From contig OZ244587.1 in assembly GCA_965218095.1 (NCBI GenBank), positions 2,688,001 to 2,752,000 on the forward strand: a stretch of 64,000 bases of DNA, in the 5' to 3' direction. Positions 33,753 to 43,890 of the stretch are shown here, one piece after another (position 1 is the first letter of the stretch; each line of letters begins with the position of its first letter). The position numbers were made by a program, and so were the translations under genes. Source of the DNA: Candidatus Poribacteria bacterium (GTDB taxonomy: Bacteria; Poribacteria; WGA-4E; PCPOR2b). The notes under the pieces were generated by a model. It did no database searches. It was not told the origin of the DNA and saw only the letters and a list, made by a program, of their open reading frames with translations.

Positions 33753-34034
33753 GTGGCAAGAGAACAAAGGGACCGAAGGGACCAAGGGGACCAAGGGGAC
33801 CGGGGGGACAACCCGTATCGAAGAAGTCGACGCAAACAGTGTCGATTTTGTATGGAAAAGGTAAACTTCATTGATTATAAGAATATTGAAAGGCTCAGGA
33901 ATTTCATGACCGACCGTGGCAAGATTCTACCACGACGGGTGTCGGGTAACTGTGCGAAGCATCAAAGGCGAGTCACAAGAGCGGTCACACGTGCGCGTAA
34001 CATTGCCTTCTTGCCGTTTACTGCCCGACAGTAA
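33753..34034 (+). CDS. rpsR: 30S ribosomal protein S18
   Basis: CRFC...IDYKN...[17 protein letters not shown]...AR..AFLPF. Confidence 0.97.
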   Translation: MAREQRDRRDQGDQGDRGDNPYRRSRRKQCRFCMEKVNFIDYKNIERLRNFMTDRGKILPRRVSGNCAKHQRRVTRAVTRARNIAFLPFTARQ

Positions 34035-34430
34035 GTCATTGGAACCGGTTGAAACTTTTGGCGAGAGTATGAGTCCCATTGAGTGAAAGCTGAGACAAAT
34101 CCAACATCTCTGTGAGGGTTGATATACTATTTTGCCAGACCTGTTTTAAGCTGCAATCAAGACTTCACTTGCGGAAATGATGATAAACTGCATGATAGCT
34201 AATTTCCTTTTTTTCTGGGTTATCTGCGCATATGTCAATGGACAATTGCTTCGCTTGACAGCCGGTGTATGGCAGGTGGAGAATATAGTTAAAGAGTTTG
34301 TATTGCTTTTGCATCTGTTAAAAGTTTCAACCGGCTTATTATAAAGGAAGCTGGTCGCAATGGTCACTACCCGACAATGCGTCAGCTATTGCGAATGATT
34401 CGTTATTCACGATAAATCGTGAGGAGCCTT

Positions 34431-34877
34431 ATGGAAGTTATTCTAAAAAGACAAGTTGAAAGACTTGGCGATGAAGGAGACATTTTGACAGTTGCTGATG
34501 GATACGCACGCAACTTCCTGATTCCCATGCAACTTGCGGTACGAGCAACCGAGAAGAACCGACACATGCTTGAGCATGAGAAACGGTTGTTCTCAGCCCA
34601 GGCCGACAAAGGAAAAGGAAAAGCTGAAGAACTTGCAAGGCGTATCGCAGAAGTGACCTGCACAATCCAGAGACGCGCCGGGGAAAACGACCGCCTCTTT
34701 GGATCTATCACCTCGATGGACATCGCGGAGGCGCTCGCTGTCCAGGACATTGAAGTTGATCGGCGGCATATTGAGTTAAGCGAACCGATTAGAGAGCTTG
34801 GCGTTTTCACGGTTCCTATCCGCTTTCATGCCGACGTTACCGCGGATGTTCAGGTTGTGGTTGTTCGTGAAGAGTGA
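34431..34877 (+). CDS. rplI: 50S ribosomal protein L9
   Basis: MEVIL...LG..GD...VADGYARNFLIP, RLFGSIT. Confidence 0.97.
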   Translation: MEVILKRQVERLGDEGDILTVADGYARNFLIPMQLAVRATEKNRHMLEHEKRLFSAQADKGKGKAEELARRIAEVTCTIQRRAGENDRLFGSITSMDIAEALAVQDIEVDRRHIELSEPIRELGVFTVPIRFHADVTADVQVVVVREE

Positions 34878-34958
34878 TTCTGATTACCACATTTCACAAA
34901 TTATAATTCCGTCGTCAGGTGAACCCCAATAGATTGATTGATGTGTTGGTACTTTTGA

Positions 34959-36293
34959 ATGATGAATGCCAAATCGATTGAACCTCTTCACGATAGAGAA
35001 GCAGAACAGGCTGTGCTTGGAGCAATGATGACAGATAGCACAGTTATTCCCCGCGTTGTCGCAGTCCTCGGGCATACTTCGGATGCTTTTTTTACGAGAG
35101 ACCATCAGCTCATTTACACAGCGATTCTTTCGAGTTATGAACGCCATAACAGGGCAGATGTACTTCTTGTATCCGACGAACTCGAAAGAACAAATGACCT
35201 CAATCGGGCTGGCGGTGATGTTTATCTTTATGATCTCCAGGCGCCAATTGTTGAAACTGAAAGTACCGAGTTCTATGGGCAGATTGTTCGGGAGAAATCG
35301 ACGCGCCGCCGGTTGATTCAGGCCGGCGAGCAAATTAATAATCTTGCTCGCGATCAGGAGAAGGAACTCAACGAGGTTCTCGATCAAGCCCAGGAAGAAA
35401 TCTTTCGCATTGACCATGCGAGTGACAAACGTGGGTTTATACCTATTGGCTCCATCATCAAAGAAACCCTGGAGGAGATTGAAAGCTTATACAAAAAAGA
35501 GGCCCAATTTGTCGGTATACCGACAGGCTTTACTGATTTTGACTTGATGACCTCGGGGTTACAGCGTGGGGATTTGATTATTATTGCTGCCCGACCCAGC
35601 ATGGGCAAAAGTACTTTAGTGCTTAATATTGCTCAGAATGTTGCCACTAATGAGGAACGACCCGTCGCAATATTTAGTCTTGAGATGCCTGCACAGCAGG
35701 TGTTAATGCGTATGCTGGCGGCTGAATCCCCTATCGATTTTAGCCGGCTTCGTACTGGCAACTTAACTCCGGAGTATTGGGACAAATTGACACAAGGCGT
35801 AAGCCGATTGATAGCCGCCCCAATTTTCATCAATGATGCAAGGGGAATTACTATACAGGAAGTACGGGCGGAAGGTAGACGCTTAAAAGGTGAATACCAT
35901 AACCTCGCCCTGATCATCGTTGATTATTTGCAGTTGCTTAGTGGTTCGGGGCGATATTCCGGACGCGTAGAAGAGATCTCCGACATTTCACGTGCACTCA
36001 AAACCCTCGCCTGGGAATTGGATACACCGATTATTGCCTGCTCGCAATTGAGCCGCGAGGTTGAGAAACGCCCGGATAAACGTCCGTTATTATCCGATCT
36101 GAGAGAATCAGGAGCCATTGAGCAGGACGCTGATTTAGTCGCTTTTTTATATAGAGAAGATTATTATGATGAACAAGCTGATGACCAGGGAACCGCCGAT
36201 CTGATTATCAAGAAACAGCGTAACGGGCCGACAGGTACAGTCAGGTTAGAATTCTACAAAACAGAGATGCGATTCGCCAATATGTCCTATTAG
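34959..36293 (+). CDS. dnaB: Replicative DNA helicase (no intein)
   Basis: EAEQAVLG, AARPSMGKS, VDYLQL, SQLSR, SDLRESGAIEQDAD, KQRNGPTG. Confidence 0.97.
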   Translation: MMNAKSIEPLHDREAEQAVLGAMMTDSTVIPRVVAVLGHTSDAFFTRDHQLIYTAILSSYERHNRADVLLVSDELERTNDLNRAGGDVYLYDLQAPIVETESTEFYGQIVREKSTRRRLIQAGEQINNLARDQEKELNEVLDQAQEEIFRIDHASDKRGFIPIGSIIKETLEEIESLYKKEAQFVGIPTGFTDFDLMTSGLQRGDLIIIAARPSMGKSTLVLNIAQNVATNEERPVAIFSLEMPAQQVLMRMLAAESPIDFSRLRTGNLTPEYWDKLTQGVSRLIAAPIFINDARGITIQEVRAEGRRLKGEYHNLALIIVDYLQLLSGSGRYSGRVEEISDISRALKTLAWELDTPIIACSQLSREVEKRPDKRPLLSDLRESGAIEQDADLVAFLYREDYYDEQADDQGTADLIIKKQRNGPTGTVRLEFYKTEMRFANMSY

Positions 36294-36445
36294 TCGGGAA
36301 GTGGTACCTTATTTTAGATTGTCCCATAGTCGGATGGGGTGTCAACTGTATATCGCGCTTTTTTACGCATTACAACCCGGTATCACCGGATCTTCTCCCA
36401 AATGCAACTGCTATCGGGATAATCTAAATTCTGGAAGCACCTTAT

Positions 36446-37306
36446 GTGTCACACTCTATGAATAACCAATCTCCTCTCCGACACCATACGCTGTACGATT
36501 CGCGTAACTTTTTAGTACGCTTTGCCGATTACGTGGGTACCCAGGCCCTGAATTGGATGTCCGGGATTGGAAATGCATCCATGCTGGTTTGGGAAACCCT
36601 CTCATTAATCTTCAAGCGACCGTTTCGGTTGAACCTGATTGTTCACCAGTTGCTTTTGATTGGTGTCAATTCGCTGTTAGTTGTATTGGTCTCAGGCTTT
36701 TTCACGGGCATGGTATTGGCAACGCAGGGATACCATCAACTCAAAGATATCTCGGCGGAAGGGACACTTGGTCGGTTTGTCAGTGTTTCCGTCATCAAAG
36801 AACTCGGACCGATGGTCACTGCTTTTATACTCGCAGGACGGATTGGCGCATCGATTACGGCGGAACTTGGCACCATGAAGGTGACCGAACAGATAGATGC
36901 CCTTGAGGTTATGGCGACCAACCCTGTCAAATACCTCGTCGTTCCGCGTTTTCTCGCGTGCGCAATCATGCTGCCGATCTTGACCATTTTTGCAACAATT
37001 TTTGGAATCGCTGGCGGCCATCTCACGGCCATCTCCCTTTTTGATATGAATGGTCGTTTTTTTCTGAAGCAAGTCCAAAACGATCTGTACATCGGCAGCA
37101 TCATCATAAGCCTTGTTAAAGCGTCAGTATTTGGGATGGCGATTGCATCAATTGGTTGCTACAAAGGGTTTACGATGTCGCCGGTGGGGGGCGCCGAAGG
37201 GGTCGGCAAATCCACAACCGGTTCAGCAGTGACGTCGCTGATCACCATCTTAGTCCTCGACGCTTTCTTGAACCACCTGCTTTATACAACTTTAGGGTTG
37301 AAATAG
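36446..37306 (+). CDS. mlaE: MlaE-family ABC permease
   Basis: KELGP, AGRIGASITAELGTMKVTEQIDALEVM, GAEGVGKSTT. Confidence 0.93.
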   Translation: MSHSMNNQSPLRHHTLYDSRNFLVRFADYVGTQALNWMSGIGNASMLVWETLSLIFKRPFRLNLIVHQLLLIGVNSLLVVLVSGFFTGMVLATQGYHQLKDISAEGTLGRFVSVSVIKELGPMVTAFILAGRIGASITAELGTMKVTEQIDALEVMATNPVKYLVVPRFLACAIMLPILTIFATIFGIAGGHLTAISLFDMNGRFFLKQVQNDLYIGSIIISLVKASVFGMAIASIGCYKGFTMSPVGGAEGVGKSTTGSAVTSLITILVLDAFLNHLLYTTLGLK

Positions 37307-37356
37307 TCTATCTCTCTTGCCACGACTCTGTTTGAGCCAACGCGATATGGTCAACA

Positions 37357-38094
37357 ATGATTCGGATTAAAAATCTTTGGAAAAGCTTTGAAAACAAAGA
37401 GGTCCTTACCGGACTTGACCTGCATATCCCTCGTGGCGAAACATTGATTGTTATGGGACGAAGTGGTTGTGGGAAGAGTGTACTGCTTAAACTCATTACC
37501 GCACTGATGAAAGCGGATCAGGGAGAGATTTGGATTAATGGTGAAAATATCACAGAACTTAAGCTAAAAGACTTGAACAGCACCCGCCAGAAGTTTGGTA
37601 TGCTTTTCCAGTCGGCTGCCCTGTTTGATTCAATGACTGTTGAGGAAAATGTTGGCTTTATGCTGTCTCAACATACAAAACTGAGTAAGCGTGAAATTGA
37701 GGAAATTGTCGCTGAAAAGCTGCATTTGGTCGATCTGGACGATACCCAGCACCTGAGACCAGCAGAGCTCAGTGGTGGCATGCGAAAACGCGTTGGTCTT
37801 GCACGCGCCATTGCCTTTAACCCGGAAGTTATCCTGTATGATGAGCCGACAACGGGATTAGATCCGATTACAGCCCTGGAAATCAACCGACTGATACGAG
37901 ACCTGCACGAGAAACTTCAGGTGACTTCTGTTGTTGTGACGCACGATATGGATAGTGCCTTTTCAGTAGGGACAAGGATGGCAATGATACATCAGGGTAA
38001 GGTAATTGCTTACGGAACCTCAGATGAAATTCGGAGGGCTGATAACCCGGTCTTGCGGCAATTCATCTCCAGTGAAAACAACCATCGAAATTGA
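37357..38094 (+). CDS. mlaF: MlaF-family ABC ATPase
   Basis: GRSGCGKS, FQSAALFDS, LSGGMRKRVGLARA, YDEPTTGLDP. Confidence 0.93.
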   Translation: MIRIKNLWKSFENKEVLTGLDLHIPRGETLIVMGRSGCGKSVLLKLITALMKADQGEIWINGENITELKLKDLNSTRQKFGMLFQSAALFDSMTVEENVGFMLSQHTKLSKREIEEIVAEKLHLVDLDDTQHLRPAELSGGMRKRVGLARAIAFNPEVILYDEPTTGLDPITALEINRLIRDLHEKLQVTSVVVTHDMDSAFSVGTRMAMIHQGKVIAYGTSDEIRRADNPVLRQFISSENNHRN

Positions 38095-38112
38095 CGATTG
38101 AAGGTGAGGTAA

Positions 38113-39678
38113 TTGGTGGGTTCGTGGAATGTGCATGTCAAGGTGGGTCTTGTTGTCATCATCGGTTTTATTTTTCTTGTGATTTTGCTGATGAATGCTT
38201 CCAATTCGCCCTGGAGCACGGGCGGGGACCTGTTACGGGTCAACTTTAGTGCCGTCGGCGATCTCCGCGTTGGGGCTGCTGTTCAACTCGCGGGTGTGCG
38301 GATTGGGAAAGTGACCCGTATTGAGCTCAATAAGGACGGGACCCGCGTTGAAGTTCAAATGCACGTCAAAGGCGCTTTTCAAAGACTTCGCCGCGGTTGT
38401 AAAGTAAAAATCGGTGTTATCGGTTTTGTCGGTGAAGCGTATGTTGACTTAACCAACAGCCCGGTTGGCAATCCGCCTTTACAACGAACAGACCTTCCAT
38501 TAACCGGTGAAGATCCGATCGATGTTTCAGGTATCCTAGAACACGCTGAACAAGCGATGATACACGCGACACAACTTACGGAATCCGCGAACCAGTTGAT
38601 ACAATCTAATCAAACTAGCGTTAGGGATGGTATTGCAGAGACGCGGGAACTCATCGAACAAACTAAAGGTGCTTTGAAGGAGATAGTTAGCAGTACGGAG
38701 GAAACCGTAACGACGCTTGATCGTATCGCACGAGCGAATGACTTCCGCTTTGAGCAAACCATCAGACGATTTAACCGTCTGATGGATCAATTAGAAAGCG
38801 ATTCCTTGCTGATCAGCAGTCAGGTCAGTGACATCGCCCAAACCGTGCTTGGCCTGGTGGATCGTAACGCCGCCCCCGTTGAGCAAATTATCGCTGATTT
38901 ACAAGTAAGTTCGACTCACTTTCGCAGAATATCTCAGCAACTGGATCAAGATTTAACCAAGTTGAAGTCTGAGCTTTCGAGGCTAATCGCCCAAAGCCAG
39001 GATGCCATTGAGACTGAAACGCCCAAGGTTGATCGACTGCTAGAAAATCTCACGAATGCCACTGAAGAACTGGATGGGCTGCGCGATAATCTCACGCAGG
39101 TTCTTGATAAAATGCAAGATGGAGACGGCAGCATCGCCCAGTTGCTGAACAAACCCGATGCCCTCAATGAAGCACGAGATACCTTAAAAACAGCGGACGA
39201 GACAATGGTTGCGGTTCGGGACCTATCTCGGATGCTTGATCAGAGATCTAAAGGATTCAAGCTGCCCAATCTCGGTTGGGATTATGAACTTCGTTATTTA
39301 AGCCTTGAGGAGAGCTTGCACAACGAGTTAGCTTTTTTGCTATTACCCGCACCCAACCAGCGATACCGACTTGGCTTGGCGGCTCGTCAGGAAGATGTAA
39401 AATTTGAATTCCAGTACGGTTATGACTTCACAGACTACCTGCGCGGACGTTTTGGGTTCATGCGGTCGAAGGTTGGCTTAGGATTCGATCTATGGCTACT
39501 CTCCCGAAGACTTGGCATCACCATTGAAGGGACTCGTCTTACCAGCAAAGACCCGGAGCTGGGTACAGAAGTGTCATGGAGGTTTTGGCCCTACGGACAA
39601 ATCATTATCGGCGCGGAGAATTTGACGGATGACATCCGCTATACAGCAGGTCTTCGGTTCTCGTCAAGAAGTTGGTAA
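38113..39678 (+). CDS. mlaD: MlaD/MCE protein with long helical region and C-terminal beta-strand domain
   Basis: N-terminal TM helix; L.VGA.V..AGV.IG.V MCE motif; heptad-rich middle; amphipathic beta-strands ending in Trp. Confidence 0.85.
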   Translation: MVGSWNVHVKVGLVVIIGFIFLVILLMNASNSPWSTGGDLLRVNFSAVGDLRVGAAVQLAGVRIGKVTRIELNKDGTRVEVQMHVKGAFQRLRRGCKVKIGVIGFVGEAYVDLTNSPVGNPPLQRTDLPLTGEDPIDVSGILEHAEQAMIHATQLTESANQLIQSNQTSVRDGIAETRELIEQTKGALKEIVSSTEETVTTLDRIARANDFRFEQTIRRFNRLMDQLESDSLLISSQVSDIAQTVLGLVDRNAAPVEQIIADLQVSSTHFRRISQQLDQDLTKLKSELSRLIAQSQDAIETETPKVDRLLENLTNATEELDGLRDNLTQVLDKMQDGDGSIAQLLNKPDALNEARDTLKTADETMVAVRDLSRMLDQRSKGFKLPNLGWDYELRYLSLEESLHNELAFLLLPAPNQRYRLGLAARQEDVKFEFQYGYDFTDYLRGRFGFMRSKVGLGFDLWLLSRRLGITIEGTRLTSKDPELGTEVSWRFWPYGQIIIGAENLTDDIRYTAGLRFSSRSW

Positions 39679-39809
39679 TCTGTTGAATTCCAATAGTTCT
39701 AATATCACAATGAGGCGTGGTGGAGTAGAGCGGGCCCGATTCTCGGACTAGCACGGGAGATACAACAGTATTCCCAAGCAGGCTTCCCCTATGAGTTCAA
39801 TAAAAAATA

Positions 39810-41168
39810 ATGACAAAAGAACGTCGGCAATTTGTTTGTCGGGAATGTGGTTATTCCTCCATAAGATGGCTCGGTCGGTGTCCAGAGTGTGAGAAGTGGA
39901 ATACCTTCATTGAGGAGATCGAGGAAACCGTTTCTGTGCACCATCGGTTCGCGGGGCAGCCTGCAAGTGAGCCCGAGCCCATTACGCGGGTCACCGCAAG
40001 TGAGTCAGATCGGTTAGTAACAGAAATTGGGGAATTTGATCGAGTGCTCGGCGGCGGGATTGTGCCGGGGACTGTCGTGTTGATCGGCGGCAATCCGGGG
40101 ATCGGCAAATCAACGCTACTGTTGCAAGCGAGTGATATGCTGAGCCGTACTTATGGGACTGTGCTGTACGTGTCAGGTGAGGAGTCCGTTACCCAAACAA
40201 AACTGCGGGCAAATCGGCTTGACATCACTTCTGATTCGTTGTACGTGTTGTGCGAAAATAACCTGGACCAAATTGAATCGCATATCACCCAACTCAATCC
40301 CCATATTATTATCATTGACTCGATTCAAACCGTCTCTCTCCCAGGATTGCAATCCGCTCCCGGCAGTGTAACGCAGGTGCGTGAAAGCGCAGCGCAATTA
40401 CTGATCATTGCGAAAAGTAAAAACATCCCGATTATTCTTGTCGGTCATGTGACCAAAGAGGGGTCTCTGGCTGGGCCCCGTATTTTAGAACACATGGTTG
40501 ATACGGTACTTTATTTTGAGGGGGAAAGGCAGCATGTCTATCGTGTCCTGCGTGCGGTAAAAAACCGATTTGGTTCAACCAACGAAATCGGGATTTTTGA
40601 GATGTTAAGTTGTGGTCTGGTTGAAGTCAAAAATCCATCGGAACTTTTCATTAGCGAGCGGCAGGAGAATACCTCCGGTTCGGTTGTCGTATCGAGTATT
40701 GAAGGCACCCGTTCCCTGCTGCTAGAACTTCAAGCGCTCGTCGCCCCCGCGAACCTTGGTTTTCCCCGCAACACGGCAACAGGGGTAGACCGTCATCGGA
40801 TTGCGTTACTCATCGCGGTGCTACAGAAACGGGTTGGCCTTGACGTTGGTGATTTGGATGTGTTTGTCAATATCACAGGGGGCATGCGCGTTGATGAACC
40901 GGGCATCGACCTTGGCACCGTCATAGCGATTACGTCGAGTCACCGGGATGTAGCCATTGATCCGCGGACTGTCGTCATCGGCGAGGTCGGCCTGGGTGGA
41001 GAGGTTCGTGCGGTGACACATATTGAGAAACGGTTGCTGGAAGCTGCAAAACTGGGCTTTAATTGTGCAATTTTCCCCGAATCTAACCGTAAAGGATTGG
41101 AATTGAAGGAAGATATTGACTTGATTGGTGTGAACGATCTTTACGGCGCGTTAAGTGTGCTGCTTTAA
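39810..41168 (+). CDS. radA: DNA repair protein RadA/Sms
   Basis: C4 zinc finger, GGNPGIGKSTLLLQ, KNRFG, GEVGLGGEVR. Confidence 0.97.
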   Translation: MTKERRQFVCRECGYSSIRWLGRCPECEKWNTFIEEIEETVSVHHRFAGQPASEPEPITRVTASESDRLVTEIGEFDRVLGGGIVPGTVVLIGGNPGIGKSTLLLQASDMLSRTYGTVLYVSGEESVTQTKLRANRLDITSDSLYVLCENNLDQIESHITQLNPHIIIIDSIQTVSLPGLQSAPGSVTQVRESAAQLLIIAKSKNIPIILVGHVTKEGSLAGPRILEHMVDTVLYFEGERQHVYRVLRAVKNRFGSTNEIGIFEMLSCGLVEVKNPSELFISERQENTSGSVVVSSIEGTRSLLLELQALVAPANLGFPRNTATGVDRHRIALLIAVLQKRVGLDVGDLDVFVNITGGMRVDEPGIDLGTVIAITSSHRDVAIDPRTVVIGEVGLGGEVRAVTHIEKRLLEAAKLGFNCAIFPESNRKGLELKEDIDLIGVNDLYGALSVLL

Positions 41169-41214
41169 TGGATATGCCTGTGAGCCCAGAAGCCCATAAT
41201 TTTAAGGAAAGGGG

Positions 41215-42267
41215 GTGGCTCAGGTGCAAATTTGGATTATTCGCGTTTCTTTTACGTTGTTTGGGGCAGTTTTAGGTTGGATCACGGGGGGTTTCATAGG
41301 AGCTATTATTGGTTTTTTTGTTACGATTATTCTAGTGGGTATCGAATCATCAATTCCACGCCCATTACTACGGGATCTTTTCGCTTGCTTCGCTGGACTG
41401 ACGTTCGGTTTGATTGTCGCCTGCTTGATTATTTATATCATCTCACAAGCAACAACTGACGCAATTGGCTCGATATTGACGGCAAGTATCGTTCTTGCAT
41501 GTGCCTATGCGGGTACGATGATTATCTATCGAAGACGGGAAGCCTTTGCACTGTTTTCTCTGACGACACACGGGTTACAATCCAAATCTCCAGCTATTAA
41601 GATCCTGGACACAAGTGTTATTATTGATGGACGGATTCTGGACATCTGCCAAACAGGGTTTTTCGATGGCATTATTTTGATTCCCCAATTCGTCTTAAAT
41701 GAGTTGCAACATATTGCAGATTCTTCGGATCCACTCCGCCGCAACAAGGGACGACGTGGCTTCGAGATTTTACGTTTGATGCAGAGTAATCCTGACATTG
41801 ATGTTGAAGTGACAGAAGAAGATTTCCCCGAAGTGACCGAAGTTGACGCCAAGTTGATTCATCTCGCCCAGAAAACTGGAGCGAAAATCATCACAAATGA
41901 CTTCAACTTGAATAAAGTTGCTGAACTTCAAGGTGTGACTGTGCTCAACATCAACGAACTTGCAAATGCAGTTCGTCCAGTCGTGGTTGCTGGCGAGGTG
42001 ATCCAGGTGCGTGTTCTGCGAGAAGGAAAAGAACCGAACCAGGGGGTTGGCTACCTTGATGACGGGACAATGGTTATTGTGGAGTACGGCAGGCAATATG
42101 TTGGACAGACAATCGAGGTTGTTGTCACCCAAACGTTACAGACAACTGCCGGGCGAATGATTTTTACTCGTGCGAAGACCGATGAAGTGGACAGTGATGA
42201 ACCGGAGGACGTGCGTTCTTATTCCCGCGGCTGGCAGCGGAAGCCGAATGGGGCAACCTCGTACTAA
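41215..42267 (+). CDS. Membrane PIN/TRAM domain protein (YacL-like)
   Basis: TM helices, LDTSVIIDGRI, TNDFNLNKVA, QGVGYLDDGTM; sits between radA and ispD. Confidence 0.92.
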   Translation: MAQVQIWIIRVSFTLFGAVLGWITGGFIGAIIGFFVTIILVGIESSIPRPLLRDLFACFAGLTFGLIVACLIIYIISQATTDAIGSILTASIVLACAYAGTMIIYRRREAFALFSLTTHGLQSKSPAIKILDTSVIIDGRILDICQTGFFDGIILIPQFVLNELQHIADSSDPLRRNKGRRGFEILRLMQSNPDIDVEVTEEDFPEVTEVDAKLIHLAQKTGAKIITNDFNLNKVAELQGVTVLNINELANAVRPVVVAGEVIQVRVLREGKEPNQGVGYLDDGTMVIVEYGRQYVGQTIEVVVTQTLQTTAGRMIFTRAKTDEVDSDEPEDVRSYSRGWQRKPNGATSY

Positions 42268-42892
42268 GAAACCGTATCTACAGCTCCTTGATAAACCGGT
42301 GCTCACACACACAATCGACGTGTTCGATCGGTGTTCCGTTGTCGATGCGATTTATGTGATTGTCGGTACGACAGATTTCGAGGTTTGCCAATCCGTTGCA
42401 ATCGAGCCTTACGGATTCCAAAAGGTTGCAAATCTCGTCACCGGCGGCGAGACACGCCAGGATTCTGTGTTCAATGGATTGCAAGTCCTCTCCGACGATA
42501 CAGATTTCGTCATCGTCCATGATGGTGTTCGCCCTTTTGTGACCGATGAAATGATTTTCACCTGTCTTGAAGCAGCGGAGCATTGGGGAGCAGCAATTGT
42601 CGCGGTTCCGGTCAAAGATACGGTTAAGATCGCAGACGGGGCGGGGTTTGTCGTCGATACCCCGGATCGGCACCAACTCTGGGCGGTACAGACGCCGCAG
42701 GCGTTTCGGAAAGAGCTGCTATTGGAAGCCCACCGGCACGCTCGACAAGCGGGGATGCAAGCGACCGATGACGCAGGACTTGTTGAGCGACTCGGTTTCA
42801 AGGTGAAGCTCGTCATGGGGAGCTATCGCAATTTGAAGATCACGACCCCTGAAGATCTGGTCATCGCTGAAACACTCAAACGTGAAACGTGA
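42197..42892 (+). CDS. ispD: 2-C-methyl-D-erythritol 4-phosphate cytidylyltransferase
   Basis: IPAAGSGSRMG, GGETRQDSV, VHDGVRP, QTPQAF, NLKITTPEDL. Confidence 0.95.
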   Translation: MNRRTCVLIPAAGSGSRMGQPRTKKPYLQLLDKPVLTHTIDVFDRCSVVDAIYVIVGTTDFEVCQSVAIEPYGFQKVANLVTGGETRQDSVFNGLQVLSDDTDFVIVHDGVRPFVTDEMIFTCLEAAEHWGAAIVAVPVKDTVKIADGAGFVVDTPDRHQLWAVQTPQAFRKELLLEAHRHARQAGMQATDDAGLVERLGFKVKLVMGSYRNLKITTPEDLVIAETLKRET

Positions 42893-42963
42893 CAAGTAAA
42901 CGCTTTTACGTATTACTTCTTACATCTCAATACGCTGGTTCGTCCATTCATTGATTTCCCATC

Positions 42964-43440
42964 ATGCGTGTAGGAATTGGTTACGATGTTCATCGATTAG
43001 GAGCAAATCGGAAATTGATCCTGGGGGGCGTTACCATCCCGTATGAATTGGGGTTGCTTGGACACTCCGATGCCGATGTATTGACCCATGCGATTTGCGA
43101 CGCGATGCTCGGCGCGGCGGGATTAGGCGATATCGGCCAACATTTTCCCGACACCGATCCGGCTTATGCCGGAATCGACAGTTTGATCCTGCTCGATAAG
43201 GTGAAGGCATTGATTTCTGCTGACTACGCAATCCAAAATGTAGACAGTACAGTTATTGCGCAACGTCCAAAACTCGCGCCCTATATTCCTGCAATGCGCC
43301 AACGTCTTGCCGAGACGTTAGGTATTTCGAGCGGTCAGATCAATGTGAAAGCAACAACGTCGGAAGGACTCGGCTTCATTGGCGAAGGAAAAGCCATTGC
43401 CGCTCAAGCAATCGTCTGCCTCGTTTCGTGGGTGATTTGA
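42964..43440 (+). CDS. ispF: 2-C-methyl-D-erythritol 2,4-cyclodiphosphate synthase
   Basis: [31 protein letters not shown]. Confidence 0.97.
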   Translation: MRVGIGYDVHRLGANRKLILGGVTIPYELGLLGHSDADVLTHAICDAMLGAAGLGDIGQHFPDTDPAYAGIDSLILLDKVKALISADYAIQNVDSTVIAQRPKLAPYIPAMRQRLAETLGISSGQINVKATTSEGLGFIGEGKAIAAQAIVCLVSWVI

Positions 43441-43550
43441 GCTACTTGATAGCACGGATTAACAGAATGTACGGATCTCTGCTCAAAAAAATCCGCAACA
43501 TTCTGAGGATCTGTGCTATTTCCCCTCACAGGTGGTAACTCAGGTTAATT

Positions 43551-43681
43551 GAATTCATTGCGGGTAGTTTCTTGGAAGTCTAATAGAGCGCAGCGAAGAA
43601 TCTCCTCGTTAGGGTGCAAGAGATCCGTCCCTTCGTTGAGGCTGACGGGAGAAGCGCGCGTTTCACTTGCTATAAGTTCAT
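43551..43681 (-). mobile_element. MITE/REP-like element, copy 2 (inverted relative to copy 1)
   Basis: Its reverse complement matches 32973-33119 over ~130 bp with few differences. Confidence 0.8.
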
Positions 43682-43690
43682 TAAGAAACT

Positions 43691-43880
43691 GATTACAATA
43701 CCTTGTCTGATGAATCGGATGAAAGAGCCTATTGGTTATCTCGAACGCCATCCGAGCGTTTACGGCATATTGAGGTGCTACGCCGGATAAATTATGGATA
43801 TAGAGCTACCGCCCGACTTCAAAGAGTTCTTGAATTTGCTCAACTCTAAGTAGACGATTACTCATAGGCGGATATGCAGA
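43691..43880 (+). pseudogene. Remnant of a small-protein + nucleotidyltransferase two-gene module
   Basis: Manual translation: ...SDESDERAYWLSRTPSERLRHIEVLRRINYG...RLQRVLEFAQL* overlaps MDIELPPDFKEFLNLLNSK*, followed by out-of-frame LLIGGYA. Confidence 0.6.
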
Positions 43881-43890
43881 AAGAAAACCG

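Noticed and set aside
34035-34430. ncRNA or lost gene in the ~400-nt rpsR-rplI gap
   Set aside because: No convincing ORF or structure was recognised.
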